From the NCBI GenBank assembly GCA_000004695.1, contig CM000154.2, positions 4,736,001 through 4,800,000 on the forward strand: 64,000 nt of DNA, read 5' to 3'. Shown here one piece after another: positions 13,875-31,055 of this stretch. The first letter of the stretch is position 1. Each line of letters starts with the position of its first letter. The DNA comes from Dictyostelium discoideum. Lineage: Eukaryota. The notes under the pieces are model-generated. The model searched no databases. It was not told where the DNA came from and was given only the letters and a program-made list of their open reading frames with translations. Position numbers and translations under genes: made by a program.

Positions 13875-16408
13875 TTACTTTGTTTGGTGATTTAAAATTG
13901 GGTTATTATTGTTATTTGTGTTGTTGTTATTATTATTATTAGTGTTATTATTATTTACACCATTTGTCTGAGCAGTTGAAGCAGCATAAATTTGATGAAC
14001 TCTCATATGTTCTTTCCACATTAAAGATTGATGTTCTTTTGAACAAAAGTAAGTGGCATAACCAGTTTTAGCACAATTATAACATTCCAACATTGATTCC
14101 TCACCACAATAACAACATGGACGTTGTGGTGGTTGAATATGTTTATATTTTTCCAATACTAATTCTCTAGCTCTTTGTTTATCTCTTTCAAATTGTTCTT
14201 GTTGTAATTGTTTATTAATTTGTAATTGTTGTTGTTGTTGCTGTTGTTGTTGTAATTGTAATTGTAATTGTAATTGGAAATTTTGATTACTACTATTATT
14301 TGAGATCGAATGATTTAAATTACCTGTAATAATTGATGCTGTTGTTGGTTGTTGTTGTTGTTGTTGCTGTATATTATTATTGTTGTTATTGTTATTATTA
14401 TTATTATTGTTGTTGTTGTTGTTCGCTATATTGTTATTATTATTATTGTTTGAATTTTGGAAAGATTGAAATTGTTGTTGTGATACTTGTTGATGATATT
14501 GTTGTTGTAATGATGACAAACTATTTGCAGATGGTTGTGAATAAATACTATTTTGTTGTGGTGGTTGTTGTTGGGTTGATGATGATGAGGAGGATGATGA
14601 AGATGAATACATTGATGGGAAAGAAGAAGTTGATGAAGAGGATGCAGAGGAAGAAGTAGATGCAGCTGCTGTACTGCTACTATTATTACCATTGCTTATA
14701 TTATTACTAAAAATGGATGCATTTGAAAATGGAGTTTGAAACATATTTAAATCTGTGCCAAATAAAGATGATACGCTATTACCTAGAATACTACTATTGT
14801 TGTTATTGTTATTGTTATTGTTTATATTTACAGAACTATTATCATTATCTAGGTAACTACTCCAACTTGGTGTCCAATTGAATGGATCACTTGAGTATGT
14901 ATTTACTTCCTTACTAAATAACATTGACGATGAGTTTGATGAGTTTGATGATGAGGTTGATGATGATGAGGTTGCTGATGATGATGATCCACTATTACTA
15001 TCCCAATTATTTGCAAATATATTATAATAATTTGTATTAACTGATGGTATTATATTTGAATTTTGTTGTTGTAATTGTTGTTGTTGTAATTGTTGTTGTT
15101 GTTGCTGTTGTAATTGTTGTTGTAATTGTTGTTGTTGTTGTAATTGTTGTAATTGCTGTTGTTGTAATTGTTGTTGTAATTGTTGTTGTTGTTGTAATTG
15201 TTGTTGTTGCAATTGTTGTAGTTGTAGTTGTTGCAATTGTTGTTGTGATTGTTGTGGTTGTTGTTGTTGTTGTTTTACTTTTGGAGAGTTTGGTATATTT
15301 GTATTTTGTGGTTTTTTTGGTGAAAGTGGAATAGTATTGTTGGCCAAATTATTTATATTATTTAAATTATTGGTGTTGATACCATTTGTATTATTTAAAT
15401 TACCATTGCTATTGTTACTATTATTGCTAGTGTTATTATTATTGTTATTATTGTTATTATTATTGTTATTGTTATTATTATTAATATTAATATTATTATT
15501 ATTATTATTATTATTAAGTGGTTTAGTTTGTATTATTGGAACAGTGGTATTACCAGATTTTGAAAGATTAGATTTGGCAATATTGGTAGATTTTGAAGGA
15601 GTTGCACCTAATGGAGGGAATTCATTACCAAGTGGTGGGAACTCATCTTCATAGTGTTCAGCAGGTTGTTGAGGTAATTGAGTAGCATTAATACCATTTA
15701 ATAAAGGAGAAGTATTACCTGCTACTGCTGCAGAAAATGGAATTGGTTGTGAAGATGATAAACTGGATTGTGTACTATTACCATTAGCAATTGGTATAGC
15801 TGGTGCTGATGTATGTAATGAAATTGGCATTTGATGTAATTGATGAGTTGATGTTGTTGATCCCAAAACTGGGGAAATTGGTGTTTGTGATTGTTGTTGT
15901 TGACTTTGTTGTGATTGTTGACTTTGTTGTTGTTGTGGTTGTTCATTTTGTTGTATTATATTTGATTGTAAAGTTGGTGATGGTGGTGAATGTACTTGTG
16001 GTTGGTTTGGTGGTGGTGGTGAAATTGATGGTAAAACTGATAATTTAGAATTTTGTTGGTTACTAGTTGTTGGATCTGGTTGAATTGATAATTTTACATC
16101 TTTTTTAGTTTTATCGTCAGCAAATGGTTTGCTATAAGATGTTTGAACAGACAGTTTTTTATTTGAAGATTTTGATTTTGAACCTGGTATTGACCATTGA
16201 TCATTATCATTAATTAAATTTGAATTTGTTGTTTCACACATTGAACATGTTGGCATTGTTATATCTTCGTTAATATATGTACATATATTACAACGCCATT
16301 GACCTGATTTCAATTCAACACCATCCTCACTAGTGAGACCATTTTCACTTAAAATACCATCATTATTATCTAAACCATTATTAATTTCTCCATCTTGTTG
16401 CTGTTGTA

Positions 16409-16439
<31 letters not shown>

Positions 16440-16494
16440 CTGTTGTTGTTGTAATAAATATTGTTGTTGTTGTTGTTGCTGTTGTTGTTGTTGC

Positions 16495-16534
<40 letters not shown>

Positions 16535-17917
16535 GCTGTTGTTGTTGTTGTTGTTGTTGTTGTAATTGTTGTTGTTGCTGTTGTTGTTGCAATTGTTGTT
16601 GTTGTTTAATTAATAAATTTTTTTGTTGTAAATTATATTTCAATTGTTGATTTATCCTATTGTTATAATCTTCAAAATAAGCTTCCCATAATGGTGAACC
16701 TAATTCAGTTAAATGTGAACCTAATTTCTCGAGTTTAACCAATAACCTATTTAAATGATATAATAGTCTCTCTCTATTATATTCACTGATCACTGGTTTA
16801 GTATCTTGTAAATGAGTTAAATGTGCCTCTGGTCCAACCGAGGAACCACGAGTATTTGTTAATTTCTCACAATGTGTTATGAATGGCATATCCTCAACAT
16901 AATCAATTGCTTCAATAACTTGTAAATGAAATCTAATAACTGTCTTTTGAGCACTTGTTAATTTTGATGCTATCTTTTCATCTAAAAATAATGAACCACT
17001 ACTATTATCTGATAAAATATTATTACTACTACTATTATTACTAATACTATTCTTTGCTGCTATTTTTAAATCTTTAAATTCACTTATACCTATTTTTTTT
17101 TTTAAAAAAAAAATAAAAAAAATAAAAAATAAAAATTAATAAATATTTTTTTTTTTTTTTTTTTTTTTAATTTATAATAAATAAATTTCTATTATTATAT
17201 ACATACTTGATTTTGCCTTTTGTAGTCTATCCTTAACATGTCTTAATTTGCAATGTTTTTCTAATAAATTAAATGCCTGTTCATCGGTTAATTCTTCATC
17301 TTCTTTTGGTAATAACATACTCCATTCATTCCAAATACATGTAATAACATCATCAATCTAATAATTTATTTATTTATACAATTTTAGAAATAAAATAAAA
17401 TAAAAAATTATTAGAAATGTATTTTTTTTTTTTTTTTTTCTTTTTTTTTTTTTAAAAAAAATTTTAATTTTTTACTTACATCCATTTCAACTAATTTACC
17501 CCTTCTTTTAGCTTGACAAGATCTATTTTTTAAATTTCTATCACCAAGTACAATTAAACAATCAGCTTTGGAACCAGTTATAATCTCTGCTAAATTTTCA
17601 GTTTTAATACTTTGATTATTATTTTCTTCAGTCTTTAAAAATACATCAATACCTTTCTCAAGGAATTGGTTTTGTACTTCCTTTGCAAATCTCATCACTC
17701 TTGGATCAGCGGCATACAATACCACCATTTGTAAGAATGGTCTTCTTCCAGCCATCCTACTTGGATTAACTCTACAACTATATGATATAAATTCTTCTGA
17801 ATCTTCAGATAATGATAAGTTACTTATATTTAAAAAATTATTATTATTATTATTGTTCGTATTTCCATTACTATTATTAACATTACTATTACTACTATTT
17901 AAAACTGGTGAAACTAA

Positions 17918-17959
<42 letters not shown>

Positions 17960-18406
17960 ATTATTATTATTATTAATATTATTAATATTAATATTATTAT
18001 TATTATTGTTATTATTATTATTATTATTCCCTGAATTATTCACAAAAGATGAAGAATTATTTAAAACGTTTGTAGAAGTATTATTATTATTAGACCCATT
18101 AGTATTATTGTTATTGTTATTTGTACTATTTAAAATTGGTGAAGTTGGAGCAGTTTTATTCTTTTCAGTTTGTATATTGGTATTATTTATTGTAGAGTTG
18201 TTTTCATTATTATTATTATTGTTATTATTATTATTATTATTGTTGTTATTATTATTATTTGAAGAGGAAGGTGTTTTTGCTGTATATGCTATAGTGGTTG
18301 ATGGAGTTGACCCACTACCATATGAATGTGAAAACCTGCATGAATCTCCTAATTTGCATGTACCTGATTTAAAATATTTACAAATAACTGGATATCTACC
18401 TGTCAT
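13875..18406 (-). CDS. Large low-complexity multi-zinc-finger protein: N-terminal CCCH finger, an anticodon-binding-like alpha/beta module, a central RanBP2-type finger, and a C-terminal MYND finger. Three exons: 18406-17480, 17357-17207, 17089-13875. 1431 aa.
   Basis: CCCH: CKYFKSGTCKLGDSCRFSH. RanBP2: WRCNICTYINEDITMPTCSMC. MYND: CCYCGEESMLECYNCAKTGYATYFCSKEHQSLMWKEHMRVH. Donors GTAAGT (17479) and GTATGT (17206); acceptors ttAG (17359-58) and atAG (17091-90). Phase consistent (0, then 1). PolyQ runs of more than 40 and polyN runs of more than 25. Confidence 0.65.
16396..16606. repeat. (CAA)n/(TTG)n coding trinucleotide repeat, about 70 units, encoding polyglutamine within the zinc-finger gene. 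Similar arrays at 14195-14425 and 15050-15290.
   Basis: Direct reading. The antisense frames give artefactual polyC/polyV/polyL ORFs in the ORF track. Confidence 0.9.
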
Positions 18407-19733
18407 TGTAAATTTATTATTTTTATTATTAATATTAATATTATTGTTATTAATTTTTGTTGTTGTTGTTGTTGTTGTTGTTATTATTATTGCTGCTACT
18501 CTTGAAGTGGTTGTCGGTATTGCCGCTTGTTGTTATTATTGTTTTTGATGCTATCTAGTTTGTGTTGTTGTTGTTGTTGGTTGTTGTTATCTCAACTTCA
18601 ATTGGGTTGTCCTTGAAAAATTCTGTTTTTATTAATTTTTTTATTTTTTATTTTAATTGAAGTTAGTAAGGCGAAAGTTTTTTTTAGAAAAAAAAAAAAA
18701 AAAATAAATACAAAAAAAAAAAAAAAAAAAAATATAGTTTTATTTGATTTATAATTAATAAATGTATGTGAACGTTTTTTTATTTTTTTTTTTTCTTTTT
18801 TTTTTAAAAAGTTGTAAATTTCTGCTTTTTACTTTACTTTTTTTTTTTTTTTGTGTTATTTGATTTTTTTTCCAATTTTTTTTTTGTCTTTCGTTCGAAT
18901 GACGAAGGGGTTATTATTATTATTATTTTTTTCTTAAAAAAAAAAAAAGTGGGGTATAGTCGAAAAAAAAATAAAAAAATAAAAAAAGTGTAAATTGTTG
19001 TGGTTGGGATGTAATTTTTGTTACTTTTTTTTTTTTACCCTATGAAAAATGTATCTCTTTGAAATGATTCGAAAAAAGTTTTTTCTTTGTTTTGTTTGGT
19101 GTTGTTTAATTGGTTGGTTTTTTCAAAAAAAGAAAGAAAAGAAAAAAAAAAAAAAAAAAAAGTATATCTATTTAAATTATTACTTATTAGTTTTTTTTTA
19201 TTATTATTTATTTTATTTATTTTTTTAATTTTTTTTTTTGTGAATTACTTGAGGACGATACGAATGAAAAAAAAAAAAAAAAAAAAAAAATTTAAAAAAA
19301 AAAAAAAAAAAAAATCAAAAAACAAAAAAAAAAAAAAAAAAATGAAATTTAAAATTTTTTTTTAAATTTTTTTTTTTTTTTTAGTAACTTAATAACAATA
19401 ATAATAATGGCTTTCTATTATTTATCTGAAACCTTTCTAATCGTATTAAATCATCAAATATAGCCATATATATTGGACTTCGATAGATGACACCACTTTT
19501 TATAAAAATAAAAAAAATAAAAAATAAAAAATAAAAAATAAAAAAAACAAAAAAATGTACTTCCTTTTTTTTTTTTTTTTTTTTTTTTTCATTATTTTTT
19601 TTTTTTCCAAAATGAGAAGCCAATAAGATTATTATCTTATCTTATCCAATCAACAAAAATAATTTTTTATTTATTTTTTTATTTTTTTTTATTTTTTTAT
19701 TTTTTTTACAATACACAATAAATCCAATGATTA

Positions 19734-20072
19734 TTATAAAGTAATATTTGTATTTAAAGTTTGGGGTTGTTTATGTTGATTTGGAGGTAAAGTTTGTTGT
19801 TGTTGTAATTGTTGTTGAAACTCTAAAGAGGGTTTAACTGTGAGATCTCTTTCTTTTTGTAATGCTCTCTCTACTTTTTGATTTAATTCGATTTGATATT
19901 GTTTCTTTTTCTCTTTTAAATTATTTGCTCTATCTGTTAATCTATTCATTCTATCTTGAGAATTTGACATTTCTCTCTTAAGATTTTGAATTTTATTTAA
20001 ATATTCTTGAACTTTTTTAAACTATAGTGTTGTTATTTTTTTTCATTATTAATAAGTATGATTACCTAAAAA

Positions 20073-20103
<31 letters not shown>

Positions 20104-20520
20104 AGTTGATAATTACATTTTCTATAATAACATCTATATTTTTAACATTTTGTAATTTTACATTTTCATTTTTCAATGAGTTTAATAATACTAATTGTTC
20201 ATTTCTAATAAAATTATATTAGTTTTTTTTTTTATTTTTTTTATTTTTTTTTTATAATTTCAAACTACATACTGTAATTCATTAAGTTTTAAAGTAATAG
20301 CATCTAAAGGTATTTTTGATAATAATAATAAACCTTCTGTTAAATCTGGAACACATAATGAAATTGCATCTTTGTTACTTAGTTTTGAGGGTATATTATC
20401 TATATTATCTGTGACATTATCATTTGTATTTGTATTATTATTATTATTATTATTGTTATCATTATTTATATTAGGTGCATTATCTATATTTTCATTATTT
20501 TTATTATTATTTTCATCCAT
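19734..20520 (-). CDS. Small coiled-coil protein, hypothetical. Exon 20520-20260ish plus exon 20030-19734. Exact splice junction unresolved.
   Basis: Upstream ORF MDENNN…DAITLKLNELQ(Y) ends at a GTATGT/GTAGTT donor. Downstream exon after a tatAG acceptor (~20032) reads FKKVQEYLNKIQNLKREMSNSQDRMNRLTDRANNLKEKKKQYQIELNQKVERALQKERDL…*, with heptad-like spacing. The phase-0 join would require the non-canonical GTAGTT donor, so confidence is low. Confidence 0.3.
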
Positions 20521-21035
20521 TGCGTGTGGTGTGTTAAAGTGTAAAAAAAAAAAAAAAAAAAAAAATAAAAATTAAAAAAAAAAAAATAAAAATAAAAATA
20601 AAAATAAAAATAAAATAAAAAATTTTTAAATGAAAAAATTAAAAAAAGGATTATTACCTGTAATAAAAAAAGGTTTTTTTATTATTATTTTGGAAATAGA
20701 ATACCACAATTGTTGTCAATTTTTAATAATTTAAATTGTGGTATTTCATATTAATCATTTTAAAATATATTCTATATATATTCTATATTTTTTTTTTTTC
20801 TAATAATATTTTATTTTTTTTTTATTTTTTTTTATTTTTTTTTATTTTTTTAATTTCAATTTAATTTAATTTTTTTTTTCTTTTTTTTTTTTCTTTTCTT
20901 TTTTTTTTTTTTTTTAATACTTATAATAATAAATAAATAAATAAAAACAAATAAATAAATAAACAAATAAAAACAAGTAAAAAATTAAAAACAAAAATAA
21001 ATAAATAAATAAAAATAAAAATAAATAAATAAATA

Positions 21036-25136
<4,101 letters not shown>

Positions 25137-25256
25137 TAAAAAATAATTGTAAATTATATATAATTACATGTAATTATATGTGTATATATAATATATAATT
25201 TTTTTTTTTTTTTAATAAAAAGGTATTTGTAATGGTACTATTTAGTAATTTTATTT

Positions 25257-25287
<31 letters not shown>

Positions 25288-25326
25288 CAGATATTTTTGA
25301 TGGTTTTTAATAATTAATCAAAAAAT

Positions 25327-27212
25327 TGATTAATAACAAGTTGGTGTATATTTACAACAACCTACACCTTTACATTCAAATAAACGAATTGTTTCATTTT
25401 CAAGGTATGTACAACTCTTACCTGTTTTTTCACAATCAAGATCACGACATACTAAACAACCTTCTTCTAAATCATATGGTGGTGGATCAGCTGGTAATGG
25501 AGTTGGGGTTGGTCTTGGTGGGACAGTGGTTGGTGATGGAGTTGGAGTTGTAGTTGGAGTTGGGGTAACGGTTGGAGTAACGGTTGGTGTAACAGTTGGG
25601 GTAACAGTTGGAGTAACAGTTGGGGTAACAGTTGGAGTTACAGATGGAGTTGGAGTACAAATGTATGTTGGAATACATACACCATTTTCACAATATGAAA
25701 AAATGCATGGATCAGTGCTTGTACAATTAATAGGGTTTATTAAACAAGGTGGGTTCCCTCTTGGATTACATTCCCTTGGGAAGCATAAATCATTTGTAAT
25801 ACAAGTATCTACAGCATTACATGCATCACAATTATCAAACTTATCATAATAACAACCTATAGCTGGATCACAATGATCAGTGGTACATGGATCATTATCA
25901 TTACAATTTTTTGGAATTGCAAGACAACCAAAACCTATTTCACAACTTTTAAAAAAAAAAACAAATTAATTAATTAATTTTACTTTTTTTTTTCCAAATA
26001 ATTTAAAAAACTATTATTGAAAATAATTAAAAATATATTTTGAATAAATACATACGATTCTACTAAACATTTGTCATTAGTAGTGTTACATATCTTATCA
26101 ACAAATTCACATTGGTAATTATTATCTGGACCACATGCTTGTATTAAACATGGGTTAATAGGACTTTCGGAACATTGGTTAACCATACAACACTAAATTT
26201 TTAAAAATTAAATTTTGATTAATAAAAACTGCTTTATTTAAAAAAAATAAAAAATAAACTTACAGTATCATTATGACCATCACAACTGTATATATAATAA
26301 AAAAACCAATGTATTAAAAGATCTGATCAACTATTTTATTAATAATTTTATTATTATTATGTGGGGGAAAAAAATACTTACACTCCACAAGCATCATAGG
26401 CTGAACATGTGAAATTTAAATTGGTAATAATATTTAAAGTTGATTGTGATGTATGTCTTTCACAATAAAAGAAATCCCATGGATAACTTTGGCCAACTGT
26501 CAAACCTAAATCATCCATATTAACAGTTCTTGATGCTGCTGTATGAATACCACCAATATCAATTCTTAAAACATCATCAAAGAATACCCATACATCATCA
26601 TCTCCTGAAAATGTAAAATATTCACCACCATGATATGTAAAACTAAAATATAGCAAATTATTAATAAAAAATTATTAATAAAAAATTATTAAATTATTAT
26701 TATTTTAAAACTTACCTATAATGAATTTTCATACAAAAATGGAAATTATGACCCAAATAATGTGGTTCATTTGGATAAACTGTTGAATTATCGAAACCAT
26801 TACCATCAATTGGAAAGAATGAATTGCTTTGGTAGGCATATGTGCTATCACCAACCCTTGTTAAAGTGAGATCATATGGAATTGGGACGTTAACTTTTTA
26901 AATAATAATAATAATGAAATTAAAATTAACAATTTGTTTTTTAAAATTTAGTAAAAAAAAATATTAATTATTATATATACATACCACCTGGAACACTATG
27001 GAACCAAGAATAAAATGTCGATTGGTTGTGAACTACGATTCTACCATTTTCAGTTACTGGAGAATCACCACAGCAATAAACTGGTGTACCATCAGCACCC
27101 AAGTCTGGTTGAACAATACCTTCAACTACACCATTATAATAAGTTTCAATTTCGAAATCAGCTATAATTTATTTAAATAATTTAAAAATTAAAATATTTT
27201 TTAATTTCATTA

Positions 27213-27244
<32 letters not shown>

Positions 27245-27296
27245 AAAAAAAAATATAATAAAAATAATTTTAAAATTATATATATATGACTTACGA

Positions 27297-27329
<33 letters not shown>

Positions 27330-27646
27330 TATTAATAAATATATTAAAAAATAAAAAAATTTGAATTAGTATTGAATATTTCTATTTTTTTTTTTTTTTA
27401 AAATAAAAAAAATAATCTAAAAAATACTTACAATAGGAGATTCATCATAAATTGTTGCTGAAAGAACAATAGAGTCTGGTTGACCTTGTGAGAAACCCTC
27501 TTTAAATGTAAAAAATTTAATAGTTTATATGTTAATATATTTTTTATTTTTTATTATATAATAATTTTATTAAGTTTAATTTTATTTTATTTACCCTTAT
27601 ATAAATTACTTAATAAAAGTATTAACAACAAATATGAATATTTCAT
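25327..27646 (-). CDS. Secreted PA14-domain protein of the Dictyostelium psi (prespore-inducing-factor-like) family, with C-terminal Dicty CTDC cysteine-rich repeats and a (TPTV)n linker. About 8 exons.
   Basis: Signal peptide [17 protein letters not shown] at 27646. PA14 core over exons at ~27165-26980, ~26893-26705 and 26656-26378 ([14 protein letters not shown]…, …[40 protein letters not shown]). Repeated C-x-D-x-C…G-C modules ([31 protein letters not shown]). PT-rich linker [12 protein letters not shown]…. Stop at ~25327 (…CCKYTPTCY*). Donors GTAAGT/GTATGT, recurring every 60-200 bp. The exact ends of two small exons are uncertain. Confidence 0.6.
25556..25650. repeat. 12-bp tandem repeat (GGAGTAACAGTT-like), about 8 copies, encoding the (TPTV)n linker of the psi-family gene on the opposite strand
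   Basis: Direct reading: gtaacggttggagtaacggttggtgtaacagttggggtaacagttgg…. Confidence 0.85.
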
Positions 27647-28544
27647 ATTGTTTTTTTTTTTTGTTTTTTTATAATAATTAATAATATTATTAATTGTTCT
27701 TTTTTTTTTTTTTTTTTTTTTATAATTAAAAATCAATTTATTTCTTTTTTTAATAATGTTTTCCAATTTTTAAAAAATGTTTTCCAATTTTTAAATATTC
27801 ATATAATGTTACTATAAATATATAAATAATATTGATTTTTATTGTGTTTTATTTATTAAATGTTCATATGAAACAAATAAATTATTATTTTTTTTTTTTT
27901 GTTTTTTTTTTTTTTATTTGTTTGTTTTTTTTTTTTTTTTTTGTTTTTATTAAATATCTTTTTATATATAATTATTTCTCATTTCAATAAAAAATCATAC
28001 CCCCACTTTTGTTTTACAAATTATAACTATAAAAATTAATATTTAACATCCACTACAAAAAAAAAAAGTAAATAAAAGGGGTTTCATATGGACTGTCACT
28101 GCTTTCAAAAATTTAAATTAATTTGTAAAAAATAATAATTTATAATAAACTTATTTTTTTATTGTAATTGTTTTTTAAAAAAAAATAAAAAATAAAAAAT
28201 AAAAAATAAAAATAATAATAAAATAATAAAGTAAAGTTAATTGGAGAAAAAAAAAAATATATATTAATAAAATTGAAAAATATAGTAAAATTAAAATTAT
28301 TATGAAAATAATTAGAGCTTTAGTTTAATTATAACTTTATGATTTATTTATTCTCACATTAACATATTTTATTATATTTATTTTTTTTTTTTATTTTTAA
28401 TTTTTTTTTTTTTGGTTTTTTTTTTTTTTTTTTAAAATTTCATTTTTTTTATTTTTTTTTTTATTTTTTTTATTTTTTTATTTTTTTTTTTTTTTTTTTT
28501 TGATCTTCTCAATATTAATATTATAAATATCATAATAAACAACA

Positions 28545-29952
28545 ATGATTGGAAGATTAAATTTAATTACCAAATCAAATTTATTTAAAAATGTATTAAA
28601 AACTATTATTTTAATATATATGAATTTTTAAAAAAGATTAAAAACCTTCATATTAATATTTTTTTCCTTTTTTTTTCACAAAAAAAAATAAAATAAAATA
28701 AAATAAAATAAAATAAAATTTTATATAAACAAAAATTTTAAATGAAAATGAATCATTAATATTTTAAATGGAAATAAAACAAAAATTATTAAAAAAATAA
28801 AAAAAAATTAAAAAAAAAAAAAAAATTAAAATTTTTAGGTTAATAATTTAAATAATAAAAATTATTATTCAACTTGTTTAGTTATAGCAGAACATGATAA
28901 TAATCAATTATTAAATTCAACATTGAATACAATTACAGCAGCATCAAAATTAGGAGTCACAAATATATCAGTATTAGTAGCAGGTTCAAAATGTGGACCA
29001 GTTGCAGACTCAGTATCAAAAGTTAGTGGTGTAACCAACGTAGTTTGCGTTGACCATCCAACATTAGAACACTCATTAGCAGAGACAATCACCCCAATCA
29101 TTGTTAAATTACAATCATCATCGTCAAAAGAGGGTGACGAAATTACACACATCTTCACACCAGCATCCAATTTTGGTAAAAACTTCTTACCAAGAGTCGC
29201 AGCATTATTAAACGTTTCACAAATTAGCGAGATTACAAAAGTAAAAGACGCTGAAACTTTCCAAAGACCAATCTACGCTGGCAATGCAATCGCCACCGTT
29301 AAATCAACTGATAAATGTAAAGTTGGTACTGTTCGTACAACAGCTTTCGATAAAGCCCCAACAAGCGGTGGTTCGGCAAAGGTCGTCTCTGCCAACGATT
29401 GGGCTGTACCATTAATTGAGAAAGCAATCTCTGAAACAAACATTAAATGGGAATCTTCTGAAGTTAAAAAATCTGAACGTCCAGAATTAACAAGTGCTCG
29501 TGTTGTAGTATCTGGTGGTAGAGGTATGAAAAATGGTGAAAACTTTAAAATGTTAGAAGAATTAGCTGATACTTTAGGTGGTGCAGGTAAGAATTGCCTT
29601 TTATTTATCAACTCAAATCCAATTATAATTTCCTTACAAACTTTTTTTTTTTTTTTTTTTATTATTACTATAAAATTTAGTTGGTGCATCAAGAGCAGCT
29701 GTTGATTCAGGTTTTGTTTCAAATGATTTACAAGTTGGTCAAACTGGTAAGATTGTAGCACCAGAATTATATATTGCTGTTGGTATTAGTGGTGCTATTC
29801 AACATTTAGCTGGTATGAAAGATAGTAAAGTAATTGTTGCTATCAATAAAGATCCAGAAGCACCAATCTTTCAAGTTGCTGATGTTGGTTTAGTTGGTGA
29901 TTTATTCAATGAAGTTCCAAAATTAACCGAATCAATTAAAAAATCAAAATAA
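28545..29952 (+). CDS. etfa: Electron transfer flavoprotein subunit alpha, mitochondrial. Three exons: 28545-28592, 28839-29586, 29681-29952.
   Basis: Exon 1 [16 protein letters not shown] is a basic presequence. Exon 2 reads [29 protein letters not shown]… and [28 protein letters not shown]. Exon 3 reads [76 protein letters not shown], the ETF-alpha FAD-binding signature. Donor GTAAGA at 29587; acceptor ttAG at 29679-80; phase 1 verified. The exon1/exon2 junction (GTATTA…ttAG) is less certain. Confidence 0.8.
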
Positions 29953-30527
29953 ATTATAAAAAATAAAATAAAATAAAATAAAATAATTATTAAATAATTA
30001 TTAAATAATAATAATAATATTGGATTTTGGCTCAGCTCTTCATTTAATTCAAGAATTATTTTTTAAGATGAAAAAAAAAAAAAAAAAAAAATCTGTTTAA
30101 AAAATCTAACCCATAAATTTTTTTTTTTTTATTTTAAAATTTTTTTTTTTTTTTTTTTTTATTTTAAAATTTTTTTTTTTTTATTTTTTTTATAAAAAAA
30201 GTTTTATTTATTTTTAATTTTATTTTATTTTTTTATTTTTTTTTTTTAAAAAATTGAGAAAAAATAGCGTACAAAAAGAAAAAATTTTTTTTTTTAATTT
30301 CTTTTTTTTTTTTCACCACCACTTTAAAAAGGCACAAAAACAAATAAAATTTAAATTAAAATAAAACATAAAAATAAAATTTAAACAATAGTGTAATTAA
30401 TTAAAATATCGCTATTGTTGTTGATTTCTTTTCTATTTTAAAATATCGTGTTCTAAATTTATAATTTTTTTGTTGTATTTATAAGAACACTTTTTTTTTT
30501 CTTTTTTTAAAAAGCAAAACCAAAAAA

Positions 30528-30563
<36 letters not shown>

Positions 30564-31055
30564 ATCTATTTTAGTGTTCATTATTTATATATTTAATTGT
30601 GTGTGTTTTTTTAATAACAGTTTTTATAAATAAATAAAATTTTTAAAAATAAAAAAAAAAAAAAATAAATAAAATATAATCATATTTTTTTTTTTTCTTT
30701 TCTAAAAACTTTATAAAAACAATTTGTGTGTCATTTTTTTTTTCTTTATTTTTATATATACATATTAATATTTATTTGAAAAAACAAATTTAAAATAAAA
30801 AAAAAATTTATAATCCAATTTAATTTCAACCTATTTATGTAAAGATTAAATTTAATATTATTATTATTATTATTATTATTATTTTTAGAAAAAGAATATT
30901 AAATAATTAATAAATACTTTTTTTTTTTTTTTTTTAAATTGTTAATATAATTAAATTATGAATTAGTTAAGAAGTTTTTTTTTTTTTTTTTTTCCAAACC
31001 CCGAACCGAATCAATCCAATTTTTTTTTTAATAATTAATAATAATAATTAATAAA

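Noticed and set aside
14333-16650. Antisense ORFs inside the zinc-finger gene (14333-14659, 14426-14692, 15044-15334, 15337-15654, 15722-15946, 15803-16048, 16333-16650 poly-Cys)
   Set aside because: They are alternative-frame or opposite-strand readings of the (CAA)n/(AAT)n coding repeats. The sense frame carries recognisable zinc-finger domains and is spliced.
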